From Minisyncoccota bacterium (GTDB lineage Bacteria > Patescibacteriota > Minisyncoccia > Moranbacterales > UBA1568), in NCBI GenBank assembly GCA_051306005.1, contig JBPPMJ010000006.1, positions 91,296 through 155,295 of the forward strand: a stretch of 64,000 nt of DNA, read 5' to 3'. The position numbers were made by a program, and so were the translations under genes. The notes beneath the pieces are model-generated. The model had not been told where the DNA came from and made no database searches. It saw only the letters and a list, made by a program, of their open reading frames with translations. Below, piece after piece: positions 31,617 to 41,307 of this stretch (position 1 is the stretch's first letter; each line of letters opens with the position of its first letter).

Positions 31617-33026
31617 ATGTTGCAAGCATCATTTTTCAAAAATAAACGTATCACTGTCTTTGGTCTCGGCTTGAATATGGGCGGAGTTGGCACAGTGAAG
31701 TTTTTGGCAGAGCAAGGCGCAAGAGAAATTATTGTGACAGATATTAAAAGTCGTTCTGAATTGGGTCCGGCGTTGGAAAAACTTGCGAAATACAAACAGG
31801 TGAAATACGTACTTGGTCAGCACCGACCAGAGGATTTCACTCATTCCGATATGGTTATCAAAAATCCAGTGATTCCTTGGACCAACGAATATATTAAGCT
31901 TGCAGAAAAGAATGGTGTGCCCGTGGAAATGGATTCTGGTATTTTTTTTGCGCTCTGTAAAAACCCTATTATTGGTGTGACTGGCACAAAAGGCAAAACG
32001 ACTACCGCTACTTTAATAGCGCATGTGTTGGAAAAAACTAAAAAACGCGTTGTTAAAGTAGGTATCGGACAGGTGGGTGTTTTGGGAACATTGGCAAATC
32101 TGACACCGGAGAGTGTGGTTGTTTTTGAGTTGTCTTCTTGGCGCCTCTCCGCTTTAGGGCGTCTCAAAAAAAGTCCCCATGTCGCCGTTTTTACGAATAT
32201 ATACCCGGATCATTTGAACTATTATAAGACTCTAGAAACATATGTTGCTGATAAGAAAAACATTTTTTTATTTCAACGGCATCAGGATTTTTTGATTGCG
32301 AATTTCGACAATGTTTTGGTGCGCAACCTGACACAGGATGCCATGCGTAGTACAGTGATTTATTTTACACAAAGCAATGAGGTAGATGGAGATGGTGCAT
32401 GGATTCAGCAAAGAGCAATCCATATACGTAAACAGGGGCAGGAACAATTTCTGATTGCGCTTGCGGACATTCCTTTGCGCGGAGAACATAACGTTGGCAA
32501 CATTTTGGCGACAGTGAATGCGCTTTTAGCGTATGGTTTGACACCAGCGCAGATCGTAAATGGTATCAAAAGTTTTCCAGGTGTCCCACACCGTCTAGAA
32601 CATATCCGTGACAAACAAGGTGTACAGTATTATAATGATACCGCTGCTACCATTCCCGAAGCAACCATCGCTTCCATTTCTGCATTTACTGAGCCCCTTA
32701 TTTTGATTGCTGGAGGCAGTGATAAATCTTTAGTGTTCGATGCTTTGGCCTCTTTAGTATGTCAGCGTGTCAAAACTTTGATTTTGTTTTCAGGGACAGC
32801 TACGGAAAAATTTTTATACGCACTGAAAAAAGAAATGAGTAACAATAAAATTATGCTTGTTTACCATATGGTGGAAAATATGACGGATGCGATAGCCTTG
32901 GCATCACACGAAGCACAGACAGGAGATGTCGTATTACTTTCCCCGGGCGCAGCAAGCTTTGGCATTTTTAAAAATGAATTTGATCGGGGCGAGCAATTCC
33001 GTCAAGAGGTTTTGGCACTCACATAA
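31617..33026 (+). CDS. murD: UDP-N-acetylmuramoylalanine--D-glutamate ligase
   Basis: ITVFGLGLNMGG N-terminal Rossmann motif and GVTGTKGKTTTATL Mur ligase P-loop. Confidence 0.85.
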   Translation: MLQASFFKNKRITVFGLGLNMGGVGTVKFLAEQGAREIIVTDIKSRSELGPALEKLAKYKQVKYVLGQHRPEDFTHSDMVIKNPVIPWTNEYIKLAEKNGVPVEMDSGIFFALCKNPIIGVTGTKGKTTTATLIAHVLEKTKKRVVKVGIGQVGVLGTLANLTPESVVVFELSSWRLSALGRLKKSPHVAVFTNIYPDHLNYYKTLETYVADKKNIFLFQRHQDFLIANFDNVLVRNLTQDAMRSTVIYFTQSNEVDGDGAWIQQRAIHIRKQGQEQFLIALADIPLRGEHNVGNILATVNALLAYGLTPAQIVNGIKSFPGVPHRLEHIRDKQGVQYYNDTAATIPEATIASISAFTEPLILIAGGSDKSLVFDALASLVCQRVKTLILFSGTATEKFLYALKKEMSNNKIMLVYHMVENMTDAIALASHEAQTGDVVLLSPGAASFGIFKNEFDRGEQFRQEVLALT

Positions 33027-33077
33027 GGCACGTCTGTTATTTATGGATGGATAGATAATTTTGTTTTAGTAAGAAAT

Positions 33078-34001
33078 ATGTATGATGTAGTCATTATTGG
33101 AGGAGGGCCGGGCGGTGTGGCAGCTGGCGTGTATACTGCTCGTAAGCAATTACGAGTATTGTTTCTTACGGAAAATTTTAACAGTCAATCTACCGTATCG
33201 GCGAGTATTGAAAATTGGATTGGAACGGAGATGATTACTGGCTGGGACTTTGGACAATCCTTGGAGAAGCATTTGCGCGCTCAGCCAAACATTGAAATTC
33301 ACACTGATGCTCGCGTCGTACGTGTGGCAAAAAATGCAGAAAATATCGGCTATAGTATTGAGACACACCAAGGAGCGCGTTATGAAAGTAAGACGATAAT
33401 TATTGCTTCTGGTGGACGTCATCGTCATTTGAATGTTCCTGGCGAAGAGCAATTGAATGGTAAAGGGGTAGCGTACTGCTCGACCTGTGATGCACCATTT
33501 TTTCGAGGGAAGAAAGTAGCGGTGGTAGGTGGTGGAAACGCGGGTTTGGAAGCTGTGGAAGATTTATTACCTTACGCTGATGAAATCGTTTTATTAGTGC
33601 GTTCTGATGAAGTCAAAGGAGACCAGGTAACACAAGAAAAAGTTTTGAATTCTTCCAAAGTGAGTGTACGGTATTCTACCGTCATCGAAGAAATTCTGGG
33701 AACCGACAAGGTAACTGGTATACGTATCAAGGAAATGCGCACTGATGAGGATTATGTCGTACATGTGGATGGTGTTTTTGTGGAAATCGGTATGGTACCG
33801 AATACAGAATTTCTTACGGACGTGCTCACACTGAATGCGCGTGGCGAAGTGGTGGTAGATGGGCGTACAACGACAACCGCTGAACCAGGCATCTTTGCCG
33901 TGGGCGATGCGACAGACTTGCCGTATAAACAGAACAATATTTCTGCTGGTTATGGTGTGGTAGCAGCGCTTTCAGCCTATGATTATCTCCGCAAACAATA
34001 G
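33078..34001 (+). CDS. trxB: Thioredoxin reductase
   Basis: VVIIGGGPGG FAD motif, CSTCD redox-active disulfide, GGGNAG NADPH motif. Confidence 0.9.
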   Translation: MYDVVIIGGGPGGVAAGVYTARKQLRVLFLTENFNSQSTVSASIENWIGTEMITGWDFGQSLEKHLRAQPNIEIHTDARVVRVAKNAENIGYSIETHQGARYESKTIIIASGGRHRHLNVPGEEQLNGKGVAYCSTCDAPFFRGKKVAVVGGGNAGLEAVEDLLPYADEIVLLVRSDEVKGDQVTQEKVLNSSKVSVRYSTVIEEILGTDKVTGIRIKEMRTDEDYVVHVDGVFVEIGMVPNTEFLTDVLTLNARGEVVVDGRTTTTAEPGIFAVGDATDLPYKQNNISAGYGVVAALSAYDYLRKQ

Positions 34002-34076
34002 GGTGTTGCGTGTTGATTTCCTCTTGATTGTACGCTATACTCACTCTATGTTCAGAAATAGTAAGCCCAATCACCT

Positions 34077-35339
34077 ATGGAAGTGTTTGAGATACGAGGG
34101 GGCAAGTCTTTGCGGGGAGAAATTGTTGTGAGTGGTTCCAAAAATGCTACGACACCGATTTTAGCAGCGACTTTACTGACGCGGGAAACATGTGTGCTCT
34201 CAAATATCCCTTTAATTGAGGATGTGTTTCGTATGCTTGAAATATTGGAAAGTATGGGTGCCCGAGTAGAATGGCGAGATAAACGAACGGTGGCAGTGAC
34301 AGCAGAAACTATTGATCCCGTACGGATGAATATCAATGCTGTCAAGCAAATTCGATCTTCTATCCTTCTTCTGGGAGCGCTTTCAGCCAGATTTGATCAA
34401 TTTGATTTTTATCATCCTGGAGGATGCCTTATTGGTGCGCGTCCAGTCGGGACGCATTTTGATGCTTTGGAAAAATTAGGTGTTACGATTACGGCACAAG
34501 AGAAGCAATATCATATCAACGCCAGTCAGCGCACAGCACGGACAGTGGTGTTGCGTGAAATGTCTGTGACTGCTACGGAAAATGTGATGATGTTGGCTAC
34601 ACGCTGTCCTGGCAAAACTACTATCAAAATTGCTGCCACTGAACCTCATGTGGAAGATTTGGGAAAATTTTTACAAGCTATTGGAGTTTCTGTTACCGGA
34701 CTGGGTACGCATAATATAGGGATTGAGGGAAATGCCGTATTACACGGTGCGGAGCACACCATTATTTCTGACGCCAATGAAGCTGCCACTTTCTTAATTT
34801 TGGGTGCTGCGACGGGAAGTCATTTGACGGTCAAGAACGCTCGTGAAGAGCACTTGGATCTTGTATTGGAAAAACTGAGGGAATTCGGTGTGTCATTTGA
34901 GATAACAGAAAATACGATTACCGTTTTACCATGCACGAAATTACAAGCAGTCAAGAAACTAGAAACACGTACTTATCCTGGTATTCCAACTGATGTGCAG
35001 GCTCCTTTTGGAGTATTAGCAACGCAGGCTATTGGCGATACGTTAATTTTTGATACTTTGTTTGAGGGACGTTTTAATTACGTAACAGAATTGGAGAAAA
35101 TGGGTGGTAAAGCGCTTGTTTTGAACCCGCACCAGGTTCTGATATCCGGTAAAACCAAGTTGCGAGGCACGGTCATCAAGAGTTATGATTTGCGAGCTGG
35201 AGCAGCGTTGATTATTGCGGCATTGACTGCAGATGGACGAACGATTATCGAAGATATTTATCAGGTTGATCGGGGATATGAACGCATTGAAGAACGTTTA
35301 CAGAAAATCGGTGCGGATATACATCGAATTGAAGTATAA
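34077..35339 (+). CDS. murA: UDP-N-acetylglucosamine 1-carboxyvinyltransferase
   Basis: IRGGKSLRGEIVVSGSKNA N-terminus. EPSP-synthase-like fold. 420 aa. Confidence 0.93.
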   Translation: MEVFEIRGGKSLRGEIVVSGSKNATTPILAATLLTRETCVLSNIPLIEDVFRMLEILESMGARVEWRDKRTVAVTAETIDPVRMNINAVKQIRSSILLLGALSARFDQFDFYHPGGCLIGARPVGTHFDALEKLGVTITAQEKQYHINASQRTARTVVLREMSVTATENVMMLATRCPGKTTIKIAATEPHVEDLGKFLQAIGVSVTGLGTHNIGIEGNAVLHGAEHTIISDANEAATFLILGAATGSHLTVKNAREEHLDLVLEKLREFGVSFEITENTITVLPCTKLQAVKKLETRTYPGIPTDVQAPFGVLATQAIGDTLIFDTLFEGRFNYVTELEKMGGKALVLNPHQVLISGKTKLRGTVIKSYDLRAGAALIIAALTADGRTIIEDIYQVDRGYERIEERLQKIGADIHRIEV

Positions 35340-35371
35340 AAAAAATAAGAGAATATTTTTGAACGGTTACT

Positions 35372-36394
35372 GTGTCTATGAAGTCTATGTTTTTGCGGAA
35401 AATCGGTATTGATTTGGGTACGGCCAATACACTGGTGTTCGTGCCCGGTCAAGGGGTGATTATCAATGAGCCATCTGTTGTGGCGATTTCGTTGTTGGAA
35501 AACAAAGTGTTAGCTGTGGGGAATGAAGCTAAAGAAATGTTGGGGCGGACACCGGATACCATCGTCGCTAGTCGTCCGCTCAAAGACGGAGCAATTGCGG
35601 ACTATCGTATTACCGAAGCAATGCTGAAATATTTTTTGAATCAGGCAAGTGGGCGTTTCCGTTTCATTCGACCGGAAGTGGTTTTATCGATACCTGCCGG
35701 TGTCACTTCGACTGAGCGCCGTGCCGTTATTGATGCGGCTCTCAAAGCAGGTGCCAAGTCAGCCTATGTGGTCAAAGAGCCTATTTTGGCCGCTATCGGA
35801 GCAGGTATTCCGATTCATACCGCGCAGGGCAATATGATTATTAATATCGGCGGAGGAACGTCGGAAATAGCTATTATTTCTTTAGGAGGCATCGTAGCAG
35901 CACATAGTGCACGGGTTGGAGGTAACCGTATCGATCAATCCATTTCGGATTATATTAAACGGAAATATAGCTTAGCGGTTGGTGATCGAACCGCTGAAGA
36001 AGTGAAGATTAAAATAGGATCGGCAATTGCGCAAGTCAAAGAAGATCATATGGAGGTGCGTGGACGGGATTTAATGGGCGGATTACCAAAAACGGTGACA
36101 TTATCTTCCAATGAAATAACAGAGGCCATTCAAGATGAATTACGAGAAATCATTAATGTTATCAAGCAGGTGTTACAAGAAACACCTCCTGAACTGGCAG
36201 CCGATATTATGGATAAGGGAATGGTCTTGTCGGGAGGGACGGCACAGCTCCGTTATTTGGATCAACTTATTTCCAAAACCATCAACGTGCCTTGTTATGT
36301 TGCTGATGATCCAGCTTTTTGTGTCGTCCGTGGGACTGGCATCGTTTTGGAAAATTTAGAAGTGTATAAAAGAAGTATCATGTTGGCCAAGTAA
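35372..36394 (+). CDS. mreB: Rod shape-determining actin-like protein MreB
   Basis: IGIDLGTANTLV, NEPSVVAI and GGGTSEIAIISLGG motifs. Confidence 0.93.
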   Translation: MSMKSMFLRKIGIDLGTANTLVFVPGQGVIINEPSVVAISLLENKVLAVGNEAKEMLGRTPDTIVASRPLKDGAIADYRITEAMLKYFLNQASGRFRFIRPEVVLSIPAGVTSTERRAVIDAALKAGAKSAYVVKEPILAAIGAGIPIHTAQGNMIINIGGGTSEIAIISLGGIVAAHSARVGGNRIDQSISDYIKRKYSLAVGDRTAEEVKIKIGSAIAQVKEDHMEVRGRDLMGGLPKTVTLSSNEITEAIQDELREIINVIKQVLQETPPELAADIMDKGMVLSGGTAQLRYLDQLISKTINVPCYVADDPAFCVVRGTGIVLENLEVYKRSIMLAK

Positions 36395-36468
36395 TGAATG
36401 CACAAACAGTGATGAATGAAACACAACATTTCACACGCTGAGTACCGACAGTTTTTATGTATTGCACT

Positions 36469-37587
36469 ATGGTTATTGGCATTGATGCGTCACGGGCATG
36501 CTTGCGACATCGGACTGGTATCGAGGAATATGCGTATCAAATTATCCGTCATGCACGTGCTTATATTCCTGACACCGATCGAGTTATTTTGTATGTTCGT
36601 GCAAAACGACGATTTGTACGAGGACGTCTGATGACTGAAGTACCAACGCTGGATTTTTCTTTACCACATCATTGGGAAATACGCGGTATTTGGGCACCTC
36701 GTTTCTGGACGCAGATTTCGCTGTCGTGGGAAATGTGGCGGAGAGCGCCGGATGTTTTGTTTATACCAGCTCATACCATTCCATTTATTCATCCACGCAA
36801 GACAATCGTCACCATCCATGGATTGGAGTATGAATTTTGTCCTGAGGGTTATTCTCATTGGGCGCGTTGGTATATGCGCTTCTCCATACGTTTTTCTTGT
36901 CGTGCTGCCAAGACCATTATCTGTGTTTCGCATAATACGAAGCGCGATGTGATGCGTTTGTATGCAGTGCCAACGGACAAAATAGTGGTCGTGGCAGAAG
37001 GGTATGGTCGCCCACCTTCGCAGAAAACGAAGGTGTTAGCAACTGACCATACGCCTTATATACTTTTTATCGGAAGGCTTGAAGCCAGAAAGAATATTGT
37101 GCGTCTCATTCAAGCCTTTTCTCTTCTCAAAAAAAAATTCGCTATTCCGCATACACTTGTTTTGATTGGTAAATCTGGCTATGGCTATGCTGATATCTTG
37201 ACGGCACATCAAGCAGATTTTTTTGGTGCATTTATTCAAGAGCTTGGGTATGTGACGGAGACGGAAAAATGGCATTGGCTCGCGCATGCCGATATTTTTG
37301 CCTTTCCTACCTTGTACGAAGGGTTTGGTATTCCTGTGTTGGAAGCACAGAGTATGGGTGTTCCAGTTGTGACGGCGTATCGTGCTTCTTTACCGGAAGT
37401 AGCGGCGGAGGGCGCAGTGTATGTCAATCCAGAGAGTGTGGAAAGTATTGCGGATGGACTTTGGCGAGTCATTTCGGAAAAGACGGTGCGGGATGGTATA
37501 ATAGATAAAGGCCAGATCAACAGAATGCGTTTCAGTTGGGCAATGTCTGCCCAAGAAGTTGTACGGATTCTTGACTGTGAAAAGTAA
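36469..37587 (+). CDS. Family 4 (GT-B) glycosyltransferase
   Basis: C-terminal EGFGIPVLEAQSMGVPVV motif. The start is placed at the internal ATG (MVIGIDAS). The track ORF begins at 36457. Confidence 0.8.
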   Translation: MVIGIDASRACLRHRTGIEEYAYQIIRHARAYIPDTDRVILYVRAKRRFVRGRLMTEVPTLDFSLPHHWEIRGIWAPRFWTQISLSWEMWRRAPDVLFIPAHTIPFIHPRKTIVTIHGLEYEFCPEGYSHWARWYMRFSIRFSCRAAKTIICVSHNTKRDVMRLYAVPTDKIVVVAEGYGRPPSQKTKVLATDHTPYILFIGRLEARKNIVRLIQAFSLLKKKFAIPHTLVLIGKSGYGYADILTAHQADFFGAFIQELGYVTETEKWHWLAHADIFAFPTLYEGFGIPVLEAQSMGVPVVTAYRASLPEVAAEGAVYVNPESVESIADGLWRVISEKTVRDGIIDKGQINRMRFSWAMSAQEVVRILDCEK

Positions 37588-37656
37588 AAAAGCGGTCCAC
37601 AAAATAATGTGAATCGCTTTGGATGGGCACAGCGTGCCTCATCTTGGTGTGTTTTC

Positions 37657-37866
37657 TCAGTCTTTAAATTCTAAAGCTGGTAAGCCTAAGTACAATGTCA
37701 TAGAAGTACACGAGTAGGCCAAGGTACCAAGGGGTTGTGCCGAGAATAAATGTGTAGATTCCCATAGATAGGCAATTATAGAATCCGATGAGTATGTATA
37801 TCCCATCCAGCGTGAGAATAATCCCACCGATAAGAAAAACAAGTATATGGAAAACCGTTTTTTCAT
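37657..37866 (-). CDS. Hypothetical small membrane protein (69 aa)
   Basis: A strong SD (AAGGAGAT) lies 8 nt upstream of the ATG at 37866. N-terminus KKRFSIYLFFLSVGLFS is signal/TM-like. It competes with an overlapping 86-aa ORF in another frame. Confidence 0.35.
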   Translation of the reverse strand: MKKRFSIYLFFLSVGLFSRWMGYTYSSDSIIAYLWESTHLFSAQPLGTLAYSCTSMTLYLGLPALEFKD

Positions 37867-37929
37867 TTTCAATCTCCTTAAAGAACACGTAAACCACGAT
37901 TAGTGTACCGCCCATGTAACACATATTTT

Positions 37930-39093
37930 ATGGATAGCCAAGAATTAAAGCAAAGTGCTCAGCATCTGCAAAAAGTGGCTCTCGTCCATGATTTTTTGAC
38001 CGTATACGGGGGAGCGGAGCGGGTATTTGGAGCAATCGCTGAAATCTTTCCCGAAGCACCGATTTATACATTGTTGGCAGATTCTCGTATTACGGAGCGT
38101 TATTTTTTCGGACATTCAATTCGAACATCATGGATTGGACGATTGCCTCATTTTTTGCGCCAACGTTACCGCTGGTTTCTGCCTTTTTTCCCTGTTGCGG
38201 TTGAGTCCTTTGATTTGCGGGATTTTGATATAGTAATTTCATCGTCTGGCGCTTGGAGTAAAGGTATTATTACGCGTCTCAATACCCGGCATATCGCTTA
38301 TGTGCATTCGCCGATGCGTTATGTTTGGGACTATCACGAGCAATACCTTATGGAACTGGGTGGACATAGCGGGAAAATGAATCTTTTGACGCGTGCGCTG
38401 CTGTCTTATCTGCGGATTTGGGATCGTCAGGCAGCGGAACGTCCTGATGTGTTGTTGGTCAACTCACATTTTACACAACAGCGTGTCAATAAGTACTATC
38501 GACGAGACAGCGTTTTACTCTATCCTGGCGCATTGAGCTTGGCTGAGCAAACCCCTCCGCTCCCTTCTGATATTGCACCGTTGCCACGAGAACATTTTCT
38601 TTTGGTATCACGTTTGACACGTTCCAAGAAGATCATGCCGGTCATTGAGGCGTTCAATAAGTTGGGACTGCAGTTGGTGATCGTGGGAAGCGGACCAGAA
38701 CGGCGGGCATTGGAAAAAATAGCGGGTAAACATATTCGTTTTGTGGGTTTTGTAGAAGATGCTATGTTGGTGATGTTGTATCGTCAGGCACGAGCTGTCA
38801 TTTTCCCTTCAGAGGAAGACTTTGGTATGGTAGCTGTGGAAGCACTTTCATTTGGATCGCCTGTGGTGGCTTATGAATATGGTGGTATCCGTGAAATTGT
38901 CCACCCTGGTATAACGGGGGAATTGTTTCGTGCGCAAACATCGGAAATTATTGCAGAAGGCATTCGTCGTTTTTTGGTACGCGAAGGACAATATGATATG
39001 GTTGTTATGCGTCAATCCGTGGCTTCTTTTACCAAAAAACGGTTTCAGGATGGCCTGAAACGATTCTTGGAAACGCAGAGTTCTGGATTTTGA
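37930..39093 (+). CDS. Family 4 (GT-B) glycosyltransferase
   Basis: KVALVHDFL N-terminus and EDFGMVAVEALSFGSPVV motif. The track ORF starts with GTG at 37903. The ATG at 37930 is preferred. Confidence 0.8.
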   Translation: MDSQELKQSAQHLQKVALVHDFLTVYGGAERVFGAIAEIFPEAPIYTLLADSRITERYFFGHSIRTSWIGRLPHFLRQRYRWFLPFFPVAVESFDLRDFDIVISSSGAWSKGIITRLNTRHIAYVHSPMRYVWDYHEQYLMELGGHSGKMNLLTRALLSYLRIWDRQAAERPDVLLVNSHFTQQRVNKYYRRDSVLLYPGALSLAEQTPPLPSDIAPLPREHFLLVSRLTRSKKIMPVIEAFNKLGLQLVIVGSGPERRALEKIAGKHIRFVGFVEDAMLVMLYRQARAVIFPSEEDFGMVAVEALSFGSPVVAYEYGGIREIVHPGITGELFRAQTSEIIAEGIRRFLVREGQYDMVVMRQSVASFTKKRFQDGLKRFLETQSSGF

Positions 39094-39147
39094 TGTTAAT
39101 AGAAAGACCCTAAGAACAGTTGCAAAAGAGGAAATAATGTTTCGTGT

Positions 39148-40053
39148 ATGCATATTATCGGTCACCAGAAAGAACGGGAGCGCTTGCAAAAGAATGCAAT
39201 GCGTGATTCTTTGGTACACAGTTATCTCTTTTTTGGTCCTGGGAGTATTGGCAAATATCTGTGTGCTCAAGAATTTGCCTGGCAACTAACAGGGGTACTT
39301 GATTTTCAGCCGAGTGAAGGCATGCCTTCTCCTCCAGATGTCTTGATCATTGCGCCTGCAATGGAAGTCAAGCGTGGTGTCATAAAATACAAGAATATTT
39401 CCGCAGAAACAGTGCGGAATGCTCTTGAATTTCTTGCCCAGTTTCCGCTCACTGGGCGTTTTCGAGTGTTGATTATCGATGACGCTGACAAGATGTCGTT
39501 GACTGCGCAGAACATTCTGCTCAAGACTCTGGAAGAGGCACGCTCAACCGCCATTATTATTTTGGTAACGAACGAAAAAGGCAGTATCTTGCCTACCATT
39601 GTATCACGTGTTGAAAAAGTGCGTTTTGGGTATGTGCCTGCAACGGAAATACGAGCGGGCGTGAGTTCAATGCTGCCTCGGGAAACACGAGAAAGCATTG
39701 CCTCATTCTTTTTTGATCTCGGTCGACCAGGTATTATCTTAACCGCTCTTCAGAATCCAAAACGTTTTCTGAAGGATAAAGATATCTTGGAAAAATTATT
39801 TCAACTGTCCCGTCTTTCATTGTCGGAGCGGATGCGATTGGCAGAGATATTGGCCAAAAATGTACCGGATACTTTGCGTCTCTTAGAATGGTGGTTACCG
39901 GGATTGCATGTGCAAGCCAAGAAATATACGGATTATTATTCAATGAAACGTTTTTTGGAAATGTTGCATCGAATAGAGCGTACTGTACGGTTGCTCAAGA
40001 CGACACAGGGCAATGCGCGTCTGTTGTTGGAAACATTGTTTTTTTCAGTGTAA
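39148..40053 (+). CDS. holB: DNA polymerase III delta' subunit
   Basis: FFGPGSIGK P-loop-like motif, LIIDDADKM (DExD-like), sensor SRV/SRC motif. 301 aa. Confidence 0.8.
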   Translation: MHIIGHQKERERLQKNAMRDSLVHSYLFFGPGSIGKYLCAQEFAWQLTGVLDFQPSEGMPSPPDVLIIAPAMEVKRGVIKYKNISAETVRNALEFLAQFPLTGRFRVLIIDDADKMSLTAQNILLKTLEEARSTAIIILVTNEKGSILPTIVSRVEKVRFGYVPATEIRAGVSSMLPRETRESIASFFFDLGRPGIILTALQNPKRFLKDKDILEKLFQLSRLSLSERMRLAEILAKNVPDTLRLLEWWLPGLHVQAKKYTDYYSMKRFLEMLHRIERTVRLLKTTQGNARLLLETLFFSV

Positions 40054-40054
40054 T

Positions 40055-41071
40055 ATGAGTGTTTTCAAAAAACGTATTGTAAAATCACGTACAGAAAAAA
40101 AGGCGACATTTCTTCGCAAAGAATTACCTCAGCGTCGCCAAGGACGTGCATTGATTATTCCGCGAGAGCAGAAAAAGCATTTTCCGTGGAGTGTCTATTT
40201 TCTATGGATATTCTTTTTGGGTACTTGTGTGTACCTGGTTTTTTTTTCTTCTTTCTTTTTAATACAATTGCCTGAAGTAGAGGGAACGGAGCAGATACGT
40301 ACTGAAGAGGTAGTATCAGTGTTGGATAATGTATTGTCTGGACAGTACTTTGGAGCAGTGTCGCGCCATAATTTTTTTATGATACGACCCAAAGCTCTGG
40401 AATCATTATTGAAACATGAGTTTCCTCTTTTTGCTGATGTTAATGTGCATCGTATTTTTCCAGATAGGCTTTCGATACGGGTGCTTGAACGGAAACATAT
40501 TCTTTTGTGGTGTGTGTCTGTCGATAGAGTCGAAATGGATTTATCTACAAAACAAAAGAACTGTGTTTTAGTGAATGAAGCAGGAATTGCTGAGGATGCA
40601 AATCGCTCCTTGGAAGAACAAAATGCACCATTTCGTGTTTTTATGATTGACACGAGCGGAAGATCTCTTGCTATCGGCGACAGTGTCATTACGCCTCAAT
40701 TTGGGGAATTTGTGTTGGATTTTTCAGATCTTTTTTCAGAGTACACTGAATTTACAGTGCAAAATAATTTTTTTACTTCATCGCGTTTTGCCAATGAAGT
40801 ACGTCTTGTGACCAATGAGGGATGGGAACTCTATGTGAGTGCGGATGTTTCTAGTGAAATATCTTTGCAGGCATTGCGTCTTTTATTGGAAAAGGAGATT
40901 CCTCAAGAAAAAAGAACACAATTAGCCTATATTGATTTGCGGACGGAAAATCGAGTGTACTATGCGTTTCGTGACGGGACTGGCGTAACAGAGGTCAAAG
41001 CGAGTACTCCTTCCAATACGCCACCGGTGACAGAAAAAAAAGCTGATGAACGAAAAAAAAGCAAACAATAA
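40055..41071 (+). CDS. Cell division protein FtsQ/DivIB-like (POTRA domain), single-pass membrane protein
   Basis: N-terminal TM helix, then VHRIFPDRLSIRVLERK (POTRA-like). The start is placed at the ATG after the holB stop. Confidence 0.5.
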   Translation: MSVFKKRIVKSRTEKKATFLRKELPQRRQGRALIIPREQKKHFPWSVYFLWIFFLGTCVYLVFFSSFFLIQLPEVEGTEQIRTEEVVSVLDNVLSGQYFGAVSRHNFFMIRPKALESLLKHEFPLFADVNVHRIFPDRLSIRVLERKHILLWCVSVDRVEMDLSTKQKNCVLVNEAGIAEDANRSLEEQNAPFRVFMIDTSGRSLAIGDSVITPQFGEFVLDFSDLFSEYTEFTVQNNFFTSSRFANEVRLVTNEGWELYVSADVSSEISLQALRLLLEKEIPQEKRTQLAYIDLRTENRVYYAFRDGTGVTEVKASTPSNTPPVTEKKADERKKSKQ

Positions 41072-41307
41072 TTTTGAATATCTGAGATTCTCTGGAATTT
41101 TTTGGTTGTTCTGCTTGTCTGGGGTGAGGCTTTCGGTTCGGAAAAAAAGCTTCTCCGCCATCCTATAGGAGCTGTTTTTTCCAAGAGAATCCAAAAGTTT
41201 TCAAATGAACTGCACCGGAATTGAAACAATTTCGCCACATAGTTCCCTAAAAAACTTTGGCATTTTTTTGATTTGTTTCACAGGTGATGTGATGCTTTTG
41301 TTATTCA

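Noticed and set aside
36416-36631. 71-aa + strand ORF overlapping the start of the GT4 gene
   Set aside because: It is in a different frame from the GT4 N-terminus, which has clear family similarity. It is probably spurious.
37664-37924. 86-aa - strand ORF overlapping the 69-aa small membrane ORF in another frame
   Set aside because: It has no SD. Its start would abut or overlap the GT4 gene start. The alternative frame (37657..37866) has a strong AAGGAGAT SD. Only one of the two can be real.
40922-41238. Two - strand ORFs (90 and 92 aa) overlapping the ftsQ-like 3' end and the downstream 237-nt intergenic region
   Set aside because: They are antisense to a supported CDS and have no SD. The intergenic segment was scanned for tRNA/ncRNA-like structure, and none was convincing.
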